Below the pieces are notes generated by a model, which made no database searches, had not been told where the DNA came from, and saw only the letters and a list, made by a program, of their open reading frames with translations. 64,000 nucleotides of DNA from Eledone cirrhosa (lineage: Eukaryota). Below are positions 12,650 through 24,229 of this stretch, piece after piece. A program made the position numbers and the translations under genes. The stretch lies in NCBI GenBank assembly GCA_964016885.1, contig OZ024746.1:42408001-42472000 (forward strand), given 5' to 3'. How positions within the stretch are numbered: the stretch's first letter is position 1; every line of letters begins with the position of its first letter.

Positions 12650-12694
12650 ATTTTGTGTTGTTCACTTTCTAATTAAATATATATATATATATAT

Positions 12695-13100
12695 ATAAAT
12701 TAATAAAGTAATGAATAAACAAAGAAACAGTTCCTTATATTAAAAAAATTCTTCATTTTACGATCGTTTCTAGGATATATATGTGTTAGTGTTGGTATGC
12801 ATATTCTATAGATCTATGTAAAATATTTATACAAACTATCAGAGGGAATATACATACCTACACATATATATGCTGTCTTCAGAAATAATGATATTTGTTT
12901 ATTGAAAAAAACAAAGATTTAATACAATAGGTCTGTTTGGGAACAGGTTTTGAATTGACCAATAGAAAGATAGTGAAGGTCAAGATAGTAATCTAGTAGT
13001 AAAAGAACCTTAATATATATCCTAGAAACGATCGTAAAATGATGAATTTTTTTAATATAAGGAACTGTTTCTTTGTTTATTCATTACTTTATTAATTTAT
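12695..13100. repeat. Inverted repeat with arms of about 87 bp (12695-12781 and 13014-13100), carrying a hammerhead 3' half GAAACGATCGTA
   Basis: The arms are reverse complements with about one mismatch. The element is bounded by (TA)n at about 12680 and 13240. Confidence 0.8.
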
Positions 13101-13315
13101 CTTGACTCTGTTTTCCGTTAATTTTCACCGAAAATAGTTTTTGAATGCATCTCCTCTTTTCATGATATCCCGATTACATTCAGTTCTTCATACGGATTGG
13201 ACACTACCGTAAATTTTTGGTAGATTTATCTACATACTATATATATATATATATATATATAATCTTCATCATCATTTTACATCTGCTTTTCCCTGCTTGC
13301 ATTATATATATATAT

Positions 13316-13500
13316 AATTGTTTCTACTTTAGGCACAAGGCCAGCAATTACCCAGTGCATTACTGGTACTTTATTTTATCGACCCCGTAAGGATGAAAGG
13401 CAAAGTCAACCTCGGCGGGATTTGAACTCAGATCATAAAGGGACGTAACTATGCTGGAAAGCATGGCGTCCGACCCTCTACTGATACTGCCAATCCACCG
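13316..13500 (-). mobile_element. SINE family A (about 185 bp, tRNA-related head)
   Basis: Reverse complement of the family consensus GGATTGGCAGTATCGGTAGAGGGTCGGACGCC...GAGTTCAAATCC...GCCTTTCATCCTTACGGGGTCGATAAAATAAAGTACCAG...GTAGAAACAATT. Confidence 0.9.
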
Positions 13501-15349
13501 TCCATTATATATATATAATGATAATCAATGTTGGTTAATCCAAGCAATCAACCAATAATGGTGTGATCAGGTAGAAACACTCAACGTCATGGAAGCCATA
13601 AGTTATTATGTATATGGTATCAGACGGAATATCAATATTAAAAAAAGGAAGAGAGATGGAATAACATATTCAACATCAGCTTATTTCATTAAACACACAC
13701 ATACACACACACACACACAGTATCTGTATTAATGGAATCCCCCCCCCCCCCCCCCCCCCCCACACACATTAACTTCATAAGCTACCTGTTGTGTTGAATG
13801 AAGAACTGGAACAAGAGCATAGCAGAAACACTGAGGTATGTGAAAGCTATATCAAATAATATATAATGAGCAACATTAAATTTTAATTGTGGTGCTAATG
13901 GTTTCATCTAGAAGAATGTTTTGCTAAAGCATATTTCTTGGAAAGAGAAAGGCTAAGTGAAACCTAGGAAGAAATGATCTAGGCAAGACATGAATAATTC
14001 TTTTGGTTTTTGAATCTTTAAATGTTATACTAGAAATTCACTTGAAAATATATTGCAAGACTTTACTAATAATGTTTATGTAAGTTATATGAAGGTTACA
14101 ATCAGATATTGATTGCTATTGGAAATAGATAGTTGAGGGGCTAACATCAGCTGAAGTGATTAGATAGCTAGTTTGATTTTTAAATGGTCATTAGAGTAGG
14201 AGAACATTAGTGTGGGGGTTGGGGAGGACTTCACTTAAATATCTTCTGTATCGGTTAAGATGCTTATCATATGATGAAGTTAAAGTATATGCTATAGGCT
14301 GAAAGTTTAGCTAGTATATTTTCATGTCAGACAAACTGAATATTTTGCTACTGTCAGATTGATAATTCTATTTTGGATAAAAAAAATTTCAGATCAAGCA
14401 GCGTGCAAAATGTATAGAATAGAAGAATAGGATCAGAAAATAGAGGAGCGAAAATGTTAAGGAAATGTTAAATTCTTAGGGGGTCTAGCATATCTTTACA
14501 GATCTGAGGTAACGTTTTTAGGGAAAGAAAGATTATATAATCTGATAGAGATAAAAGCAAAAAATGCAGTATATCACTTCAGAATGTTGGTTTGAATGCC
14601 AAGGGAACCAATAGTGCAGAAACCAGTAGCACAGAAGCATACAATTATAATTGATTTCTCAAAATGATATATGTATTAAATAATCTAAGAAGCAGTTATT
14701 TTTTCATATCTGAAAAAATATTCTTTTATAGTTAAATAGATTTGCTTTCCTTCAAGGCTTTTACTTTTCATGCTAGAGCTAACAAATTTGGAAAAACAAT
14801 TAAGTAGTTTTACATTTTTTTTAGATTGAATGAAAACAAAAAAATATGAATGATAACTTTAGTAATTAAGAAGTTTTAAACCCTTTTAACACCAATATTT
14901 TGATTACATATTAGAGGTATAAGTTTTGTAACGTCTCTATTAAGTTCAAAAGCAGTCTTTAAATAAAGCAAATACAAAATATGTAAGTTATTTATACTGA
15001 GAAATATTATTAGTGTTAAGAGTTGTTGTTTTTAACTTCATGAAAATTATTGAGAAAACTCTACAGCCGGTTAAATACAATGCAACTTATTTAATCAAAA
15101 TTAAACATAAGTAGTTAAAAAGGAAAAGGGTAAGGGAAGGTAGTAATAACACCTCACTAATTTTTGACTCAATTTCAATATGAGAGAAAAGATCGGATTA
15201 TTGGACTGTAAAAGTCAACAGATGTTTGAATTAATCATGTTATAGTTTCCTAGAGACCACCAGAGAGTAGTGATTTATACAATGTTAACCATAGACAAAT
15301 AATCTCACAAAAACAACTGCGTAAACAGCAATAACACTAACCATGTTAA

Positions 15350-18300
15350 GGCTGTGCATGGTAGTGGGGTGGCTAGTGTGGCCATGTGTGAGAACCCCTT
15401 GACCGTTATCAAGCAACCGCACAACAGGAAAAAGAACGGGATGTCGCATCTCAGAGTTCCCACACTTAATGTTGGCGCTCTAAAAGGTAGATCTGGTGAG
15501 ATTGCAGAGATGCTGGAGAGAAAGCATGTAGATGTGTGCTGTGTGCAAGAGGTGCGATGGAGAGGTGCCTCTGAAAGACTAATCGCAGCCAAAAATCATA
15601 GTTATAAGCTTTTCTGGGTGGGTAATGATGATGAGTTAGGTGGGGTGGGCATATTACTGGCTGAGAGATGGATCAATAAGACGATAGAGGTAGTTAGAGT
15701 TAGTGATAGAATAATTAAGCTTAGGTGAGTTGTAGGCAAGAGACTACTGACAATCATCTCTGCCTATGCTCCTCAGGCAAGTAAAGAAGACAAAGACGGC
15801 TTTTATGAGCAACTTTTACAGACAGCCTCAATGACAGAGGACAGAGACATCGTTATGCTAGCAGGGGACTTCAATGGACATGTTGGACAGCTCGAGGATG
15901 GATACACTGGGGTACATGGTCGGCACATTACGGCTCAAGAAATGAAGAAGGAGTGAGGCTTCTTGAATTTTGTGATGCAAATGCACTAACCATTTGCAAC
16001 ACTAACTTCCAGAAGCCTACCAGCCACTTAATAACCTACAAATCAGGCGAGCACATAAGCCAGATTGACTTCCTGGTAGTTAGACAGCGAGACAGACGGA
16101 TGGTGTCAAATACTAAGGCTTACCCTGGGGAAGAATGTTCCCCACACATAGGTTAGTCGTTAGTGACATCTCAGTAAGCAAGAGAAAGCATACAGGAAAG
16201 TGTGGAAAAGAAAGGTCTGGAACCTAAAAGACCTTTCATTAAAATATAAATTTAGCAAAGCCCTTCAAGATGCGTACAACGATTAAGACGATTTAGAGTT
16301 ATATGACATAGATGATAACTGGAATTTCTTGCGTGACAACTTACTGCAGGCTACTGAAGAACCTTGTGGTTGGGACAGAGCTTCCACCAGACAGAGAGTG
16401 ACCTGGTGGTGGAACAGCACAGTAGATAGGGCCATTAGAGACAAAAGACTGGCATGGAAAGCTAGGAAAAATGGTGGGAGTAGCGACGGATACACAGCCG
16501 CTAAGAGAGAAGCTAGACGTCAGGTGTACTTAGCACGCAGAGAGGCTGAGAGTAGGAGGTTTGCCAATGTTCTGCGACGGGAAGATCAGAGACGCGCGGT
16601 GCCCCGCATTGCAAGGCAGTGTGTCAGTGCAAATCAGGATGTTGTTGGAGATAAGTGTGTCCTGAATGATGCCGGTGTACATAGTGTCACGAATGATCAA
16701 AAGAAGGAGGCCTGGAAATGTCATTATGAGAGACTGATGAATGTAGAGAACGAATGGGACAGAGAGGAATTTCCTCAGTAGACCTGACAGAGGGACCAGC
16801 TATTAAGATTGACGAATATAGGGTACAAGAGGCAATTAAGGAAATGAAGAATGGTAAGGCTGCTGGACCATCGGGGATAGTTGCTGAGATGCTGAAGGCT
16901 TCAGGAGAAGTAGACACTAAACTAGTTGCACGCATCATTAATCAAGCTATATATGGTGGTGTCATACCCAAAGACTGGTGCAGCAGTATTCTCATAAATT
17001 GTTACAAAGGTAAAGGGGATGCTCTGGAGAGGAGCAATTATAGGGGCATAAAGCTGATGGATCAGGTTATGAAAGTGGCAGAGAGAATATTAGAGCAACT
17101 GATTAGAGAAAGGGTCAAACTAGATGAGATGCAGTTTGGTTTTGTACCTCGGAAAAGTACAACAGATGCCCTCTTCATAGTGAGGTAACTACAAGAGAGG
17201 TTCTTAGAGAAGAATAGCTACTATATTTAGCTTTTGTTGACCTAGAGAAGACTTTTGATAGGGTATCTCGATCTGTCATCTGGTGGTCCCTAAGGAAACT
17301 AGGGGTAGAGGTATGGCTTATGAGGACAGTTCAAGCTATGTAGGGTGCTGTCAGCAAAGTGAGAATAGGAATGAAGTTTAGTGAGGAATTCCAGATACAA
17401 GTAGGTGTACATCAAGGTTCTGTCCTCAGCCCACTCTTGTTCAGTATAGTCATCCAAGCCAGAACAGAGGAGTTTAAGACTGGCTGCCCATGGGAACTTC
17501 TTTATGCTGATGATCTGGTTCTTATAGCAGAATCAGTAAAAGAGCTAGAGAATAAATTCTGGCTATGGAAACAGCAGTTGGAATCAAGAGGCCTGAGAGT
17601 GAACATAGCTAAAACAAAGGCGTTGATAAGTAGAAGAGAGGAAAATACTCTGATTCCATAAAATGTACACAATGCAGATCTTGGCTACACAAAAGGTGTA
17701 GTGGGAGGGTAGGCAAACTAACAGGTAGGGAAAACTATGTATGCAGTAGATGTACAGGGAAAGTTGGCATTTTTCCAATGCAGGTGGGTTCTATAGAAGT
17801 GGTTGATAGCTTTCGGTACCTAGGTGATCAGATTAGCATGGGAGGGGGTGTTCCAAGGCCATAGTATCTAGAATAAGGATGGGTTGGAAGAAGTTTAGGG
17901 AGCTGCTCCCTCTGTTGACAAAGTAGGGTTTCTCCCTGCGTACGAAAGGATGGTTATATGATGCCTGTGTAAGATGCACGATGCTGCATGGTAGTGAGAT
18001 ATGCGCGATGCTGCATGGCAGAAGATATGCGACTGCTGGAGAGAAATGAAGCTTGTATGCTCCGTTGGATGTGCAATGTCAATGTGCATGAACAACCAAG
18101 CATAGATGAGTTGAGAAAGAAACTGGGTATAAGAGGGATAAGTTGTGGTGTGCAGGAGAGAAGGCTGAGATGGTATGGACATGTGATGCGCATGGAGGAC
18201 GACCAATGGGTGAAGAAGTGCCAGGAAGTCCCAGTGGAGAGAAGATGCAGTAGAGGTAGATCACGAAAAACATGGGTGGAGGTGGTGAGAGCAGACCTCA

Positions 18301-18431
18301 GATCGCTGAAACTCACGGAGGAGATGACGAAGGACCGTGATGGGTGGAGAGATGCCATGCTGAATAGGACCCGTCCAACCCTTGCAAGCAAGGAAAAACG
18401 GACGTAAAATAATGATGATGATGATGATGAT
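15350..18431 (+). mobile_element. Near full-length RTE-clade LINE pseudogene (APE endonuclease plus RT) with stops and frameshifts
   Basis: APE motifs: TLNVG..CCVQEVRWRG, SAYAPQ, AGDFNGHVG, SQIDF. RT motifs: NYRGIKLMD, QFGFVP, GVHQGSVLSP, LLYADDL. C-terminus RLRWYGHVMR..RGRSRKTW, then a (GAT)n tail. Confidence 0.95.
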
Positions 18432-19331
18432 AGGGTGCCAAGTTACAGATAAAGTTCCCCCACATGGAAAGTTGAACTTTAAATTGCAAAGTTTATGTTT
18501 TGACCAATTATCAAATGTTATAACAACTAAAACATTTTAATGAATCGATTTTGAAATGTTGTTAATAATATGAAAAGTAATTGTAAGAAAACTAACAGCA
18601 TTATCATCATCTTGCAGCCTCTGCTAAAATAGTTCTCCATGTAGGGCTGTCATTCATTGCATTGCCTAGGTCCTACACATCAATACCAGTGCCTGTGGCT
18701 CTGACATCTGGATAGAAGAGTGGGACTACTGTGGTTTATGACAGTTGTTGATTTCCAAGGAACTAAAGTAGACACAGCTTCATTTTTGGTGTGATTTGGT
18801 ACCTGAAATCTCACCATCGTCTTTCACACAATATCAGAAATACAGCTGCTCTTGTTGGACTCCATCTCAATAAAAGCAAGAAGTAGTACATGTCAGATTC
18901 ATCTGCTCGATTCACCCTCAAAGCACAAGATGGAAGTGAAATTTAAAGATCTAACTATTTTAAGTACCTTAGTTCTTGACTCAAGGACCCTGGAAAGGAT
19001 TTCAACACCAAAAATGTCCAGGCATAGTCAGCATGGAATAAGCTTGACAGCATCTGGAACGCCAATCATCCAAATTCATCTAAAGTTACAATACAACCAA
19101 TTTACTTTAGGGTAGTGAAACCTGGACACTTAATATCAAACAACAAAAGTGCCTTAATTGAGCATATACATCCTTGCTTTATCAAACTCAAAGCATAAGA
19201 TAGAGGCAACATAATAGACTTAGAGGAATATACAATGGTCTCTCTAGTATTTCTGATATCATAATAATCTAAATTTACATTACCTCTTTCAGGAATCTGG
19301 AAAAAAAGATGAGAAAGGAAAAATAACCTAC

Positions 19332-19620
19332 CTACAGTAACTCTTTAAGATATTCTGAAATGTTTGTTTCACTTCACTGTGTATATAAGAACTCCGCAAA
19401 AAATATTGATTGTCATCAGGATGGTCAATATCTACATATTCTGGGACCAAGAACACATCAGTAATACTAGCTTTCACTTGAAGCCCCGATTCCCTTTTCC
19501 AAATGAAATCCATGGCTTGCTGATTATTAGTCACATACATTGTGGTCTCAAGTTCCTTGATACTATTTAAACGCTCCACAAATACATTTCCTGATGGCAT
19601 CAGCTGTAAGCTGTTATTAT
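19332..19620 (-). CDS. Coding exon of host gene
   Basis: ttcctctttccAG acceptor and AG/GTAGGT donor. 289 nt, phase 1 to 2: DNNSLQLMPSGNVFVERLNSIKELETTMYV...QTFQNILKSYCR. Confidence 0.88.
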
Positions 19621-20925
19621 CTGGAAAGAGGAAATTGGATGAAAATTTGTTATAAAAGAATCTTAATTCTAAAAATAGCAAACTTTAGTGCAAGACCAAC
19701 AATTTGGAAAGTGAGGGGAGTTGATTATAACATCTCCAATACTTTACTAATACAGTATTTTTTGGATCCTGAAAGGATGAAAGGCAAAGTTGATCTCAGC
19801 AGGATTTGAATCCAAACTGTAAAGAGCTGGAGCAACTACTGCAAAGCATTTGTCTGGTGTTCTAATGATTCTGCCAATCTACCAGAGAATATTAATGCTT
19901 TATAAAATATATGGTTTGAAATATTTTATTAATCTGTTTTTGTGTTTCTTTTTGTATTTTGTTGGTTAGAAACTAAGCTTTAAATACTTCTAAAGCACTA
20001 GGAAAAAGACAAGCAAAGAAAATGGGCTTAAATTTTGAGGGTTCATGTAAATCGAAATCCATTCTATGTAAACATTAAATGAACAAAGTTTAATTTCAGT
20101 AGATTTCTGTTCAGTTCTGCACCAGCAGACTAATAGCAGACAGGTAATCAGACCAACATTTAAAATTTATCAACATATCCCATATAAATATTCAGTTTTC
20201 TCTATGATTGCAATGTACACTCAAGTGTTGAGAAGGTGCAGTGCAATCATTATAGTTTGTAACCCCCTCCCACCCCCACCCTCACCCCTATATATATATA
20301 TAGTTTGTGATAGTAATTTCAATAGAGTAATTATATAGTTGTTGGGGAATTAATTCTTCTGAAAGGTGAAATAAACTTTGTATGTTGTAGTTAATTTGGG
20401 GATATGAGCTGTATTTGTCTGGGCATTGTTGTGGCATATTGTGGATAGATATTCTGTCTAGATATTTAGATATTTGCAGGAGGTAGAAGTAGCAGAAGTG
20501 GCTATGTTAAATCTTTATCATATTGGCTGTTTAGGGCTTGTGATATTTAGATACTTTAGTTTAGGAGAGTAGATAATTTGGAAATGATATGGTAGACATG
20601 ACAGCAAATAGTTTCTTGCCATGTAGCTTCAATTAGCATTGATCTTCTAGTCAAAGCAGACCTAGTCATTCAAATGATAGATTTGATTCATAAATCCAAT
20701 ACTCCACACATAACATGTCTCTGTTTACCTTAAGGACTATGTTGTACACTATGACATGCATTGGTTTATTTCATAGAGTGCAATGTATCAATATAGACAT
20801 ATTGCCTTATCTCTATTGTCCAATCTATTCCTGTATACCTGCAGGTGATAATAATAGTCATAGTAGAGTAGGAAGGGAACTTGGAGAGAATATTACATCT
20901 GCTATTCTTCAGCATTAATCTATAG

Positions 20926-21112
20926 TGGGTGGATTGACAGTATCAGTAGAGGGTCGGACACCATGCTTTGCAGCAAAGAGTTACGGCCCTTTATGGTCTG
21001 AGTTCAAATCCCGCCGAGGTTAACTTTGCCTTTCATCCTTACGGGGTCGATAAAATAAAGTACCAGTAATACCTGGGATAATTGCTGGCCTTGTGCCCAA
21101 AGTAGAAACAAT
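20926..21112 (+). mobile_element. SINE family A
   Basis: Full-length match to the family consensus, flanked by a direct repeat ATTAATCTATAGTGGG (target-site duplication). Confidence 0.9.
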
Positions 21113-22038
21113 TAATCTATAGTGGGATTTAGTGGCTATTGAAGCTATTGTAGTTTATTTTTGTAGTGACAAACATATTTGGACCCAAAACAAAACTATT
21201 GCCATTCATAATATATAAATGAATGACACTTTTTCCTCGCTTCAAAATAAAGGATATACCAATGAGTACATAGAGGTATTTAATTGTATGTTTGCTTTGG
21301 CTAACTGAATGTTGTGTCAATGATATTGAGAAACTATAGGTTACCTATAATTTTAATTATTTAAGTAATTGTTTATTGACATTAATGAGCAAATGTTTCT
21401 GAATAGTGCATTAATGGATTTGTGGGATGCATCTTTGTCTATTCTTATGTAACTGTATGAATGACTTTGCCTTGTTGTGGAAAGAAATAGTAGTTGAAAT
21501 ATCTGCAGTATAATGTGTGGAAGTGTCAGTATGTTATTCATTATACAGAGGTTGATGAAAGTAGGCAATAAAACAGGATTTTAATTATTTTTTTAATAAA
21601 TCCCAATTTGTAAAAGTTATTACATATCATATATGAGTAGTGGACTTATTGAGGACTTATGAAATAGTAATATATCTTTATTTTCTGAAGTCAGTTGTTG
21701 TCATATAACACTCTAGCATAGCTTTCCAATTAAAAAATATAGATAAATTGACCTAATATATGTCCTTCAATCTTAACGTTCATTGACTTTCTTTTGTACA
21801 TTTGTTATATGAGAATGAATTTTATTGAGGTGTGGTTCACAAATGTTGCTATTGTGTTTACTTGACTATGTGATGCATTTATTCCTTTACAGTGGGTTGC
21901 TTTGTAATCATTAGGGTCCAGGTTTAATCTCACTGTGTGGCATCTTCTGCAAGTATCATTTACCATAACTTTGATTTAAGTAATATTGAAATGTTGTAAA
22001 ATTAATACAAATCATATTAAGAATGACATAAAACATAC

Positions 22039-22098
22039 CTGCAACTTTTGAACAGGTTTTACCATCATACCTAATTTGATGAGTAGGAAAGGTAACAT
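22039..22098 (-). CDS. Coding exon of host gene (symmetric, 60 nt)
   Basis: ttcttttgttattacAG acceptor and G/GTATGT donor. Phase 1 to 1: DVTFPTHQIRYDGKTCSKVA. Confidence 0.8.
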
Positions 22099-22407
22099 CT
22101 GTAATAACAAAAGAAAATAATTGTATATTCGAATTTAAGAAAAGAAAAGGAATATTTAAAAAAAATATTATTAGATATTTAAAGACAAATATTAAAAAGA
22201 TAAGTAACAGTCTTGTTTCTATACATTTTCCAAGTTTCCATATCAAATATTACTTTAAACATAGTTTAAGCTGGGAATAGTTTAAGTCAGAAATAAATTC
22301 AAAGCCTTCATTTTCAATCCATGCCTAGATGGGCTTAATTGTGCATCACTCACAAATTTAAACACCAAGTAGAATGAAATTTCAAACTGGGAAAAGAAGG
22401 ATAAAAT

Positions 22408-22565
22408 AATTGTTTCTACTTTTGGCACAAGGCCAGCAATTATCCAGTACATTACTGGTACTTTATTTTATCGACCCCGTAAGGATTTGAACTCAGATCG
22501 TAAAGGGATGTAACTATGCTGGAAAGCATGTCCGACCCTCTACCGATACTGCCAATCCACCACCT
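22408..22565 (-). mobile_element. SINE family A, internally deleted
   Basis: Reverse complement of the consensus lacking about 25-30 nt between CCCCGTAAGGAT and TTGAACTCAG. Confidence 0.85.
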
Positions 22566-23148
22566 AAAGAAGGATTAAATAATGTATTGCAAAGTACAAG
22601 TGCAAAACAAGCTATATTTTGAATGTTCATTTATGGATTGTATAAATAAACTAATTGACTTCTTTTTCTTTCTTATTATTGTTGTCACTGATATATGACA
22701 AGAAAAAGGGCTTAGTAAACTACCAGTAGATATACAACACATCAATCATCAACCATAATAAGACACCATGAGTGTTTGTACACTTTGAGGAAACATAGGA
22801 TCAAAGGCTTTTCAGCTGTCAGCACTTCATCTTGTTTTCCAGAATAGTGTATCTAACACTACATTATACTATGCATCTATTCCTTTTTTTCAGAAGGTAA
22901 GGTGAAATTTAAAGGAAATTTATTCCTATTTCTAACAGGGCAAGCAACGACATAAAGGCTTCCTTATTTTAAGTTGTTGAAGCAGTCAGCCATTTATACA
23001 TTGAATTGAATTATATAGTTAATAAATCAAAAGAATAAATTTGAAAAATAATGACCAATTATCATTAATATTAAGGAAAAAATTCCAAATGTTTCCAAAT
23101 AGATATATTTAGTTAAATTTATGAAAGAAAAAAGGTAAATCAACTTAC

Positions 23149-23220
23149 CAATACATTTTCTGTTTTGGGCAGCTCGACAAGGCGTAATTTCATATTCTGT
23201 CCCCTTACATACATCACAAG
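23149..23220 (-). CDS. Coding exon: TNFR-like cysteine-rich module 2
   Basis: tgtttttgtttttatccAG-type acceptor and G/GTAAGT donor. 72 nt, phase 1 to 1: ACDVCKGTEYEITPCRAAQNRKCI. Confidence 0.88.
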
Positions 23221-23854
23221 CTGGATAAAAACAAAAACATAACAATCAAATAGTAAATTATCATCATTAGTATCATGTTAAATGAGCATATAGAGCATTT
23301 ACATAAGCTAGATCTTAGCAAATAAATATAATATTCAGATTTATTTAATGTTAGTGAGTCTTATTACAATACAGTTTTGTCTGTTTATCACAGATTGTTG
23401 ACTGATGACCATGTGATAAACCGGTGAAACTCCAGAGTAACAAGATTCACTCTTTAGCCTTAATAAAATGAATATTGAAACTCTACTTTGGTACTGAGTA
23501 CTGTTTTCTCTCAGCTATCAACTACATACGGATATATATATATATATATGTGTATGTATGTATGTATATATATATATGTATATATATATATCCTCACCAT
23601 CATCCTCATCATTATCGTTTAACTTCTATTTTCCCACACTTGCATGGGATAGACAAGTCAGGTCAGGTGACCACATCTTGCTTATGCAGATCTGTATTCT
23701 GACTTTGTTTCTATGACTGGATGCCTTTCCTAACATCTATCACATTACAGTCCACACTGTAATGTGGTTTGTGTTAAGAATTTTATATATATAGTGAATT
23801 AGTAGATATTTTTGCTAAATAAAATAAATCCACTGAATGGAAAAAGATGGACAC

Positions 23855-23926
23855 CAGTGCACATGAGGGTCGAACCCACACCTCTTGTTTGCTAGACAAG
23901 TGCACAGACTTTTACACCAATATGCC
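23855..23926 (-). pseudogene. tRNA-Ala(AGC)-like pseudogene or SINE head
   Basis: The reverse complement has an anticodon arm CTTGT-CTAGCAA-ACAAG and a T-arm TGGGTTCGACCC. The acceptor stem and D-arm are decayed. Confidence 0.55.
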
Positions 23927-24154
23927 AAATGATTATTCATCAATTGGCTTGTGAGTGTTAACTTTACATTCCATACTATAATTAAAGTATATTTGTAATT
24001 GTAGGAAACATACTTAGTTTTATGATGGTAATGTAAGAAATATATATTGTCATAACTCTTCTAGTGAAGAATCATTAATAGCTGTGTCATAGCTTATATT
24101 GATTTTATTGATGAATTAGTGAAACTAAAGACAATTTATTCACTGCTACCTTAC

Positions 24155-24229
24155 CTTTACATACAACATCTTTTTTAGTCGTACAAGGTTTAACCATATA
24201 GTATCCACGTGGACAAGATGTTCGACAAA
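24155..24229 (-). CDS. Coding exon: TNFR-like cysteine-rich module 1
   Basis: tttactttcAG acceptor and G/GTAAGG donor. 75 nt, phase 1 to 1: VCRTSCPRGYYMVKPCTTKKDVVCK. It is absent from the ORF track. Confidence 0.88.

Larger units (their letters stand above)
11449..12680. repeat. Spacer-less palindrome with arms of about 560 and 670 bp; probable inverted Penelope-like pLTR pair
   Basis: 11449-11700 is the near-exact reverse complement of about 12420-12680. The inner arms differ mainly in microsatellite length. The symmetry centre is CACACAAA|TTTGTGTG at 12009/12010. Confidence 0.9.

Noticed and set aside
13739-13761. Poly-C run (G-run on the transcribed strand) as a G-quadruplex; also 42892-42908
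   Set aside because: Simple homopolymers next to other repeats, with unreliable length and no supporting context.
15350-18431. Active or domesticated reverse transcriptase gene
   Set aside because: Multiple in-frame stops and frameshifts show it is a dead LINE copy.
23855-23926. Functional tRNA-Ala gene
   Set aside because: The acceptor stem and D-arm do not pair properly, so it is kept only as a tRNA-derived relic.
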